Of a stretch of DNA of 64,000 bases, positions 26,966-37,857 are shown one piece after another. Positions within the stretch are counted from its first letter, which is position 1. Each line of letters begins with the position of its first letter. The position numbers were made by a program, and so were the translations under genes. The notes under the pieces were generated by a model. It was given only the letters and a program-made list of their open reading frames with translations. It was not told where the DNA came from and searched no databases. The DNA is taken from contig JBHGNT010000014.1 in assembly GCA_043228905.1 (NCBI GenBank), positions 13,330,001 to 13,394,000 of the forward strand, written 5' to 3'. The DNA comes from Azolla caroliniana (taxonomy: Eukaryota; Plantae; Polypodiophyta).

Positions 26966-29740
26966 ATGGACCCACAAACGCTGTCGGAAGCCACCAAGAC
27001 ATGGCTGAAGCAACACGGGCTCGAGGGCTTCTTGATGATGATGGAAGTACCGCCACACAAAGAAGCCGACAAAGTGATCAAGGAAATCGATACAGAGGTC
27101 ATAACGGCAGAGGCGATTCGAGCGTTAACAGACCTTCCAGAGGGAGGCATACTCACGATCGACAATCCAACCCCGGAGCAACTCATCAGGTATTTTGGTG
27201 AGTACTCTCTAGCCAGCAAGGGCTACCGGACACAGGGCGGCGGAGATATGCTATTCCGCGAAATTGCTCGTGTGCTCCATGAATACGGCCACGTATACCC
27301 TAGACCCCCTGTCATGTCGTAGAACCGGGCAGGGATGATCATCGCCACCTATGAAGGGATCAAGGTGGATTGGCCGGTATTGATCGCAGACGGGTTGTGT
27401 GCGGCGATCGAGATCGTCAGAGGCAAAGACGGCAAAGAAGGCCGAGACGGACGAAGGATAGGGCACGCCGTAACACAGTGGCTCACCTTGCTGGTGCCAC
27501 CTGTTCAGACCGTCCAGCCCAAGAAGGGAGGAAGAGTGCCAGACGGCACACCAAGGACGGCTTCCAAACGACAACAGCTGTTGGCCTCGAAGGCCACTAA
27601 GCGAAAGGCGGCAGATGCAGAACAGGCGGCAACAGGAAGCGGCAGCCGGAAGCGCCCAACGGAGGCGCAGGACGAACCACCGGCACGGCCCGTAAAGGTC
27701 ACACTCCACCGACCGGTGAATCGAGAAGTGGACCCCTTGGTGGCAAAACTCAATGCCGGAGCTCAGGAGGAGGAAATAGAGGAGGAGCCTACGGAGCACC
27801 TCCAGCGACGGTCGTCGGCAAGGACCGTTGAGACAACCGGGAAACGTTCGGACCCTCAGACGGAGGGAACACCGGCTCCCCAGACTGAGACTCCCACGCC
27901 AAGGAAGGAACCGGAACCGGTGCAGATGGCACCAGAAACAGAAGCCCCGGCACCACTGGCAACACCGGCAAGTCCCATCCCGCCAGAGCCGGAAAGGTCA
28001 CTGCAGCCTCCCTCGGTCAGCCAAGAAGAAGCGCAAGGGGAACCAGGACAACATGATGGCCCACGGGCAGAAAAGGAACTGCAACTCGGCGCAACCAGGC
28101 GGGACCACCCCTCTACAAGTGAGCCCATCTATCAAACCTCCGTACAAGCACAACAAGGCACCGGTAGCCTGTGGCTCCGGTGGATAGGCGAACAGATAGC
28201 CGGAGCAGTGGGGTATATAGAGGCGGAAGAAAGAGCGCAAAGCGAACGATTGCTCGTCACAACCGAACAACTAGAGACGGCCCGGTCCAGAATCCGGTGC
28301 CTTGAAAAAGATTTGGATCAGGTCACGACAGAGATGGCCAAAATACGGATCCAATCACCGGTGACTCCGGTAAGTGTACAGAATAAAGAAACGGAACGAC
28401 CTGTACATAGCAATAAGACCCCGACAACGGAAACCGTTCCGGCGAGAGATGCGGCGCAAGCTCGGGAGCTTGCGGAATTGAGAGAGGAACTTGCCGCACA
28501 AGAAGCGCTAAGGAGCCGTGAACGAGAATTGAAGATGGCGGCCGAAGCCGAATTAAAGAAGACCGCTTAGAACCTCTGCCGGGCAGAGGAGAGCCTCCGG
28601 AAAGGCCATCAAGCGTACGACCGGCTAAAGGAGGAGAAAGACAAAGTGCTGCAGGAAAAGGACAAGCTGCGGAAAACGGCGGAAATAGAGATTGAACGGC
28701 TAAAGGAAGAGCTCCGCCAGCAGAAGGACCGCGAGGACCGGGCCCGTCGTCAGATCAACGCACGGCTCAAGCAAAAGACGGATGATTTTGAGCACCTGCA
28801 CTGGGACTACAAACGGCTGGAAACGGAGCATAAAGAACAGATGGCCGAGCTCCAGCAGGCAGTTGATCGGGCCGCGACGGCGATCGTTGACGAACGGGCG
28901 GAAAATACAAGACGCTTGGAAGAGGCGGAGAAGGTCCGGATGGAGCTCCAGAGGCAGCAGCAGGAAGACAAACAGAGAGCGTCAACAGTATTGCAGAAAT
29001 TACAAAGTACATATCAAAGGCAATTGACGCATTACAAGGCGCAGGCGGAGGACAACGTAAAAATCATCAAACAACTGAAGGAGGAACGGCAAGCGGCGGA
29101 AACCAAATCGCAATTGGGAACGAGCCGGATTCAGTCCATCCTCCGGGCATGGCTGAATCAGACGAAACACTTGATTGATGAAAGCTCCGTAAAATGGTGG
29201 ACAAAGTGGGCACAAAACGCGGCGGAACTCCAGTTGCTACGGGCGGATGTGGCAAACCGGCGGAAGGAAGGAGATGACTGTTATACGTTGATTTCCGAGG
29301 ACTTCACCGCCATACGGGACGAGCTGGCCGACGATTTCCAAGTCCTGGCAGATGAACAGCTGGCGCAGGTCAGGCAGCTCGTAGCGCAGCTGGACGATGA
29401 TAGGCTGGATGCTCAAATATAGTTTGAAAGCTACGAGCGGTCCCGGGTGCGGGAAGAAAAAGCACGGGAGGCGACAACGGTTAACCTTAGTGATGAGGAA
29501 CCGTCGCCGGCTGAGGGCCAGCAGGGAATCAGTCAACCAGAGACCACCACGACGCAGGGAGCAACGACGGAGATGCCGGTGTCAGAGCCACAACCGGAGG
29601 AGCAGCCGCAGCAACCACCAATGGACCTGCCGCAGCAGACAGCAACAGAGCAGCAACAACAACAACTACAACAACCACTTCCAGATGAACCATTGGAGCC
29701 TCTCGAACAGAGCATTCTGGACATTTTGGACGAAGAATAG
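26966..29740 (+). pseudogene. Extra 3' ORF of B (~925 codons, 3 in-frame TAGs): globular N-terminus, P/E/T-rich linker, long coiled coil
   Basis: ORF pieces at 26774, 27335, 28646 and 29447 share one frame; TAGs at 27320, 28568 and 29420. Confidence 0.85.
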
Positions 29741-29794
29741 CAAGGGTCGGTTGTGGATTCGACGTACAAGGTATTGTCCCACGGGCGTGCCATG

Positions 29795-30226
29795 TGTTAC
29801 TGGCCAGCAAAGGAGTCCTGAGTGGGAAATGGAGAGCTAATTAAGTAGTAGGAATGTGGTTGTAATTAAGCTATGAGTGTGGACGGACGGACCGGAAACG
29901 GTATGCTGTTCCGGATCCGGACCGATCCCGAACAGGTGCGGATGGCACCGTTTTGTAATACAGACCGGAAACCTATTTAAAGGCCCGGATACAATGTAAT
30001 AGTTAGCGGTTAATTAATGAAAGCTTAAGCGTTGTTATATCTCTGTGTTAATTGCCGTTCTGTCTTAATTGTTATATCTTACGCGTGTTATGAAGACGAT
30101 CCTAATAAGTAACTTAACTAAGTCGGATTAAGCGTTGAAGTCTAATCCGATTGCCGTAACACCCTTTGGTGAAGTGTCTCCCGTAGACACCCTGTGTTAG
30201 GCCATTGTCCGGCCCGAAGAGTAACA
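29795..30226 (+). repeat. 3' LTR of B
   Basis: Direct repeat of 1466-1897, followed by TSD GGACC. Confidence 0.95.
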
Positions 30227-31736
30227 GGACCTATCGCGACAGCACGAAGACGGGAAGGGCCAAGCGGGCTATTGCAGGGTGTTCCTTGGATGCAAAGGAC
30301 GCCGGTATGCGGGTGAACGACGATGCACGATCTGGCCAAAAAGGGGGCCGACAAGGCGTGCAATAAACCGGAGTGCGACACAGGCGATGCCAAACAACGG
30401 GCGAGGGTACATGGCACACGGAGGTGCCGGAGCGGAAAGGCGAGCGTGGAGATAGGTTGCGCGGTTCGGGAGGTATCGCGGAGAAGACCGGAAAGGGATT
30501 CCCACACCGTTCCGGAGACCATGGCGGTTCGAGCCGACGCGGCGATGTAAGACCATGGAGAAGGAAGGTGGCGGCGGAAGGATGAAGGCAACGCGAAACA
30601 CCATTGGGACATCACGATTGGACAACGGAGGCCAAGCGGGCCACTACGGGCATGCCTCAAGCGGAGGACATCGGGCATACGGCGGGAAGCGGGGCGTTCA
30701 TACGGTGTCGAGTTATTACGCAAGTGCGTGTGGAAACGAGGCGGGACCGCGGGGGTCTCGAACCAAAGAGCAAGCGAGGGAGGAGAAAGAGAGAGAACCG
30801 GCTACGCAGGACCGGGGATACACAGGGACACGGCCCTTCAGCACGGAGAACGCGAACAGACACCGACACAGACAGATGCGAATGACTAAATATGTATATT
30901 AACAAAAATGGCTAACACGACTACAACCCTCGATGGGGCACAGGTTGGTTACAGCTGAACAGGCCGGCGAACAGATGCCGATGCTTGTTCGCTTCGACGC
31001 ACAAAAGGGGTAGCAGGTCGGAGGTGCTGCCGGAAGCACTCGGGCGTTCCTCGAAACAGCGCGAGCCTCCTCGGAACCCTGCACAGAAAGCTATGGAGCT
31101 CAAGAAGGAAGGAAACAGAGAGAGAAGCGTCCAGAAACGGTCCGACAGCACTTCGTCCTCTCTGCGCGAGATGCCTGCAACAGCTCTTTCCTGCTCCTTA
31201 TATAGCCCGACGAGCAGGCCGTCATGTCAGCTTTATTCCCTGTCCCTTTTGAACAGGGATCCGCTCCGTTCTTCACACATCCGCGTAGTTACGCCGCCGA
31301 CTCGTACCGTTCCTTAGCTCGCGCGCGCGACCGAAAAGACTGTTCGCGCGGTCTTGTCTCCACTTGTGTTAGGGCCCGTTCCTGCCGATTATCCTCCTAA
31401 TTCGCTTCTATGTACTACTTGGAGCGTGCGCGCATGAAGAACCGGTTCCCACGCCTCGGTGCGCCGATTCCGCTTATGGACGGTTTTCTTCACGATAACG
31501 GCCGAACAAGGGCCAACGGAAATATGCGTACTACGGAGATCGCGGCAGAGGACCCATCGATGGGTCGAACGAGCCTACGGGGAGGTAAGCGCGAAGGAAG
31601 AATCGAAGCCGACGGATCAAACCGGCAGCGAGCCAAGATACGGATCACGGAAGACCGGTTTCTCGCCGGCCGAAATCTCTCACCCTTCAACCAGATTTGG
31701 CACGTGCCGGTGGACGTGCAGTTAGGTGGGGGCGGA

Positions 31737-32499
31737 TGTCGTGAAGAATTTCGGCCAGAGGCGGAAACCGGGAAACATTGGCTACGTCGGCGGGGTGCAG
31801 CGTGTGTACGCACCCATGTACATTTAGTGTGAATATCGAGGGCGCCTTTATGGCGCCGAAGAGTAGTCAAGTCGGGACAGACGATCCCATGTAAGTCGGG
31901 ATTTATCCCACATTGTAATGCATCCCTCTCCTTGTTCTATAAAAGGAAGGGAACGCCCTTTGTGAAAGGGTTGCTCATTTTGCATTAGAGGGTATACCGT
32001 TAGGTTTAGAGTTAGGTTCTTCTTCTTCTCCTTCTGCGTGTTTTGCTTAGGGTTTGCTTTGGTTCGGCCTCCTGTGCAAGACCCCCCTCGGCGCGACGAG
32101 CTGAGAGCTCCCCAACGGCGGCTTGACAGCAGACGACTACTGTAACCTACCTTAGTCCGGCTCGACGCCGGGAATGTATTCTTCCCTATATATATATATA
32201 TATATATACATACGTTTGTTGGTGTATATTCGCGTCGTTGTTGGCGTCGGGTGCTTACCCTCTCTTGCGTTTTCTATACATAAGGCGTGAGTCGGGTTGG
32301 GCTGTGTGTGCATGTGTGTGCGTGTGTGCGTGAGTCGGTGTTAAGCACGCTCTCTCTCTCTCTCTCCCTTTGGTTGCTTCCGGTGTGTTTCTGGGATGCC
32401 CCAGAAACAGTGAAGCACGACTTCCTACGCTCCATCACTCTCTAGTCCAAGACCCCTGTGGTCCCGCCTTTCTCCACGCACGCGCGTAACAACGCGACA
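31737..32499 (+). repeat. 3' LTR of A
   Basis: TGTCGTGAAG...CGCGACA after a G-rich tract; CTATAAAAG box near 31938; internal (TA)n, (TG)n and (CT)n. Partner LTR not in the window. Confidence 0.75.
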
Positions 32500-35400
32500 A
32501 CGGGTTTCACCCCTACATCGCACGAGTTGGATTTGCTGGATTTCTCTAACCAAGATTGCAACCATAATTGAATAGAAGTCTTTTTTAGGACTTAATTGAT
32601 GTCTTCAATTTTAATATTTGTCTTCTTTGTTTGGCCTTCATTTCTCTTTCATTTAATCTCATGTGCTCTTAGGAACGTGTTTCCGTTATCAAGTCTCATT
32701 TTAAAATGTGCTAATAGTATGTGATTTAAAGATTTAGGCCTTTAATATGGTCTTATTACTTATTGTTTTGAACCTTGGGTAACAATTATTGAACACTAGT
32801 AGGCAAATGCTAGGAAGAGCCATAGTTCTAAAATTTTAGCAATCCATAATATTATTGGTGGAAAGAGTCTAATTCCTTGTTATTACGTTCCATCACATGA
32901 ACATCCATAACAAGCATATGGGATACCAACCTCCATGCTTATGCTTTCTACAACCATTTAAACAATTACTAATGTTGTAAATTACAATTTTTTTATGGTG
33001 GATTGCGTATTGATTTTTGTAACAGAGGTCAACGTCACTCAATGTTTCACATTGGCATACTCTTTTTAAATGCTCAATCTCCTAAAGTGTAAATGGGTCA
33101 CTAACAATTACCATTCATTATAGGAAGGATTGATTATGAACCATAAGTAATAAATGAATTACTAACATGCAAGTAGATTCATTCACCAGGTTAGTGATAT
33201 ATAAGCTTCTTAATTTGGGAGGTGTGCATTTTTTAATGTTGGTGAGATTTTGATCACGTATTGACAAGCATTTAGAAGTTTCCATTTTAATCTAGGTGGG
33301 TCGTGCATGGCCATCCATCACATACACAAGACAATCTACCCTTCCATTTTGTTCGCTACCATGAGTTCTCCTCATACTAAATTGATTGGAGATCCTTAAC
33401 ACATATATGACATATCATGACTAACATAGGATACTCTTACATTGTATGCCCATCCTTTGAATTGTTGTTTGAATAAAGCCTCTAATTGGAGATGCAACTA
33501 AAAACAATGGTTAGTGGCATACCACAAAACTAAACACATCAATCCTTAGCATAAGACCCCAGTATTAGACTATTATTTAACATATTCGTGAGAAATTTAA
33601 GTTCCTATAATTTCCATATTATTAGAATTAACCCTAAATTTTAATCCATAATTAACATTAACTTCAATAGACCAATCACAATAACATAAATAATCTCATT
33701 AACATAAACAAAACTAATCCCAAGAGAGTATATTTGATTGAACCACCTCTAAATATTCCTTGTGAGGTTACAACAATATTTTTTCTCATGAATGATTTTG
33801 TGATTGATTGGATGCCCACCATGACAATGCTCAATGTGACCCCTAGGATGCTTGCTTATGCTAATGCGTAGACGTGGAGTAAAATAATATGATTCCAAAA
33901 GTTATACAATAGTGAAGGATTTAATCCAAAAATGACACTTTACACTATAATATCCAACAACCTATAACTTAAGCCTAATACACATTTGGATCAAAGAATT
34001 TTAAAAATTAGGCCTCACATTCACCAATTGATTGGAAGTCAACCCCCGGGGAAGGGAGATCTTAAAGTTGTTTCTCTTCTTTAGAAAATTAAAATATATA
34101 AGGGAACTATTATTATCTTGATAGGTGTGTTTGCCGACATCAATAAAGTCTAGCCCCATGTGTTTATTTTTGAGTTTTAAGAGGAGCTTGGATTTAGTGG
34201 GTGAATGTAAGGCAAACCACTCTCTTTAAAAGAAATAAAAACAATTATTAATATAAAACGGTGAAATAAACATTTTTTTCGAGCATGTATGTAAAAAAGA
34301 AATACCCTAACGTGTTAGGGTGGTGACAATGAAATTATTATGTATTTGTATAATTTGGACAACTCTCGCGCCATAATGAAGGCATGGTTAAGTTTAAGAG
34401 AAGGATTGGTCTTAATGCAACAAAAAACGTTAGATGAATGGCTACCATAACCGATATTTTCGAACCCTAGGATTAGAAGTGAATATGGTATGATGCTTGG
34501 TCAGAAAAAATATTTGACCTCGGGGCGTATGTTAGAGTACAATGTTAGGTTGGTAAGAGACTGGGAGGTTTTCAACATGAAGAGGCAGGAGGACAAGCTC
34601 GTAGCATTAGGTTTATTGGAAGGCTAGTGAAGTTGTCTCGGCTGACAGATAAGATCATTGATGGCTTTGGAATCAATCCCTCACTATTTCTCGAATTGTA
34701 CAAAGGCGATTACCATTTGGTGTAGAAGCCTTAGGATCCTAACAACTTGCAGTGTGAATTGGAAAGTTGTGTGGGGTTCCATACAGGGTCTTATGTAAAA
34801 AGGGGAAGGCTAGGTGGAATAGTTAAACCCACAAGGACATGGATTTATAGTGCATGGTGGAAACGTGTTCCAATGTGTTGGGGTGAGACCTAGCATGAAC
34901 TCTGAATTTTTTGAGGAGATATGGCTTATGGTGGTGTGCTTATCAGTCTAGCACAATTAGACTAGGCATTGCAAGTTTCTTTTTCAACAACAAAAGCTCC
35001 CACATGGTAAGATGATGCTAAATATCTGGTTCGAGTTGGTAGCCTACTTGTGCAGCCGGTATGACTTGATTCAGGGGGAATTGGACAAAGTAGAAATGGC
35101 CAGGTCAAAGTTTCTGCTGAAATGGGGTGGTTCTCCCATGATGGTCAAATATTCGACAGGGCCTAACTGGAACTACCAAGTGTCCAGGTGGCTGTTTCTG
35201 CCGATGACTGCCGATATTGTACATGGGATGTAAATATGTATAGCTGGGCTATGAGTAAGTTACCATACTCTTGTTACTTGGATAACTTTGTTATAAAAGA
35301 GTATGCCGGGATAAGTAGAAGCGAGGTAAAAAAGAGGGGGTGGGGATTATTACTGGATTTGTGGGGGGAAGAGCAGTGTGAGTTTTGCTGAATTTTTTGC

Positions 35401-35976
35401 TGGTTCGGGTTATTCCTTCGTGTTGTATATATCGATCCCACTAAGGTTAATCTTTGTGGATATTTGTGTTTAAACTTTGCTGTATTTTGTTCGCTAACTA
35501 ATGTGAAGTAGGGTTTTTTTAGAAAAAATAAAAGGTCTTTGATCAAAACCAACCATACAAGTTTAGTTTCTTTCAAGCATTCCCTCGAACAATCTTTATT
35601 TCATTGCTTATACAACTCATTAACAACAAATTTCAAGTTTAAGATTATTTTGAATGACTCAAAGCATTTTGGTGCCTAATGGATACTTCATAAAATTCTC
35701 TTTATTCTTTATTGGCATTCACTTAACTTTGAGGTTTCCCACTTATTATGGGATAACATTTTCAATTATGGATATGAGATGGATATATGTGATTTTGCCT
35801 TTAAGGTGCCAAATTGTGCATGTGGATACACAAACATTCTTGAAGTAACATTATGGGTGTGAGATTGATCATCGATCGTGGACAAATGACAGCAGAGTAA
35901 CAGAGGCGCCGACAGCAGAGGGAGGATCAAACGACATTGTCAAAGACATCGACCTACGACTCAGCCGTGAGGAGCG

Positions 35977-37857
35977 ATGGCAGCAGAAGGATCTTCGAAA
36001 AACGACTCGGCTGCTTTAGAGCCTGCACAAACATCAACCCCAAACCTTCTGGACATCAATAGGACACAGGTATGTCACGAACATCTATTTAATCGCATTG
36101 ATGCTGAAACCGAACAGGAAACACAAGGGGTGGACAATCAAAATGGTCCCTCAATGCATGCAATGGGAGCCTTTGTTCTCTTCCCCGAGGAAGAATGCCT
36201 AATGGAGAGTGAATTAACACGTCTTAAACGGGAATCCTTTGTGGTAAAAGTGGTGGGTAGTCGACCCAATAGAGCAATATTGCGTGATTGGCTGCAAAGT
36301 TGTCTACAAGAAGACCTTGGTAGATTGACGGACATTGCATTTATGGGAAAGGGCTTCTACCATGTTATAGTGATGCCAGAAACGAATGTATGCAAAATTG
36401 TTGAGAGCAGCCCACTGATTTGGCACAATGCGAGGGCCTATGTATTCAATTGGGATGCAGACTTTGACATGTGTAAAGTTGATGCTTATATAGGCAATCC
36501 TACAGTGGTAACGACATTTTTTCCTGGTTTACCTAAGCAATGGGAATCCTTTCTCCCGGCCATTGGCAAAAGTATGGGAGGTCAATGCTTGGAAAAGACT
36601 CTTGCGGAGAGAATAAGTGAAACACCGAGGATCAAACTAATTGTTTCGGATGTAAAGACCTTACCGCAATCAATGTTGTTGAGCAGTAAACAAATGGCTG
36701 ACCATGTCCAAACTGTTGAGTATGTGGGACTCCCAGGGCAATGCTTTGCATGTAGACAGATGGGGCACATGGCCCGAGAATGCCCTAGAGGAAAGGAGAA
36801 CATGCATCATGGAAATGGGAAGCAAGGACACAAATGTAAAACAAGTCTGATGCAACAGAAAAATCAACGAATGAACCATGCATTGAGTAAGAATGAAGAT
36901 GGATGGAAACATAACACCTATAAAGGCAAACAAAAAGTCATGGTCGGACAAGAATGGCTCCCACTTAGAAATAAGTATGCGCTCTTAACCTTAGAGGACA
37001 ATGAATACAAACCTAATGAAAGGGAAGAAAGAACGAAGGCAACTCATGAGAGTAATTATGTGGAAGTAATTAATGATATGACGAAACTACACTAGGAGGA
37101 CAACTTGGTAGGGGATGTTATTGGCCAGATGCTTCATGAAAGTATAGGCGAGGGAGGAGAATTAAACATAGGAAAGGTCGTAAGCCCATTGAAAGAGCAG
37201 TCTAAGTCATTGGTGACAACCCTAGATATTAAGGGGATAGCAAAAATGAAAAGGCACATGCGTGCTAAAAAAGAGGAGATGAAGGGGATGGAAAAAAATA
37301 AAGGGATGCGTAAATGGCCAAGAGTGAACTGGAATCTTCATTACAAGGCGGGCCCCCTCTCGAATACTGGACAACAGATCAAAGTGAATCTGACGGGCAA
37401 AAAGTGGTTCAAGGAACTATGTGGAAGTGAGATGAAGAAGGACAACATATGTAGAGTCAATATATATGGCAAATGTAGTGATGGAGGGGTTGCTGGTCTG
37501 TCCTATATTTTGGCCTTGGGAACTAAGGAGCCACATAGTAGAGAAGAAGCCCACGGGTGTTTGGAACAACAAATGGATGCTTATGTAGACGCATCATATG
37601 GTACCGCAATAGGGATGAAAATGAAAAGACAATGGAAAGATGCCTTGATTTGGAGTTCGGGCAAGGCGAATGAACAAGGCATATGCTTCATAAATGTGAA
37701 ATTTAGGAAGCTTCCTAATCTGATAACAGAGTTCATGGTATACGTCCCTGAAATGCTGACACAGTTGGAAGAGGAAAATTTCCAAGATCGGATATTAGCT
37801 ACCATATTGGAAGTGGAAAATGCATTGGTTGGGCCTCAAAAGGTGCAGCTTATATGA
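35977..37857 (+). pseudogene. LINE ORF1 (DUF4283-like region, CCHC knuckle, C-terminal extension); one in-frame TAG at 37093
   Basis: ORFs 35977 and 37105 are in the same frame; CFACRQMGHMAREC. Confidence 0.85.

Larger units (their letters stand above)
1466..30226 (+). mobile_element. Full-length Ty3/gypsy LTR retrotransposon B (non-chromovirus, Athila/Tat-like) with a 3' extra ORF
   Basis: 432-bp LTRs at 1466-1897 and 29795-30226 (TGTTAC...GTAACA); 5-bp TSD GGACC at 1461-1465 and 30227-30231; domain order gag-PR-RT-RH-INT. Confidence 0.95.
1..32499 (+). mobile_element. Gypsy-type LTR retrotransposon A, 3' portion only (internal 1-1465 plus 30232-31736, 3' LTR 31737-32499); 5' part lies outside the window
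   Basis: The same degenerate repeat unit occurs on both sides of the B insertion (551-1070 and ~30494-30580). A PPT-like GGTGGGGGCGGA precedes an LTR running TGTCGTGAAG...CGCGACA, with termini like those of C and F. No pol domains of A are in the window. Confidence 0.75.

Noticed and set aside
1466-30226. B as a minus-strand element because of the inverted PBS-like site at the right LTR
   Set aside because: gag-pol, the extra ORF, the LTR TATA box and a normal left PBS all face +, and no PPT complement lies beside the left LTR.
32500-35846. AT-rich region with short ORFs, possibly old TE debris
   Set aside because: No domain motif, termini or TSD could be supported.
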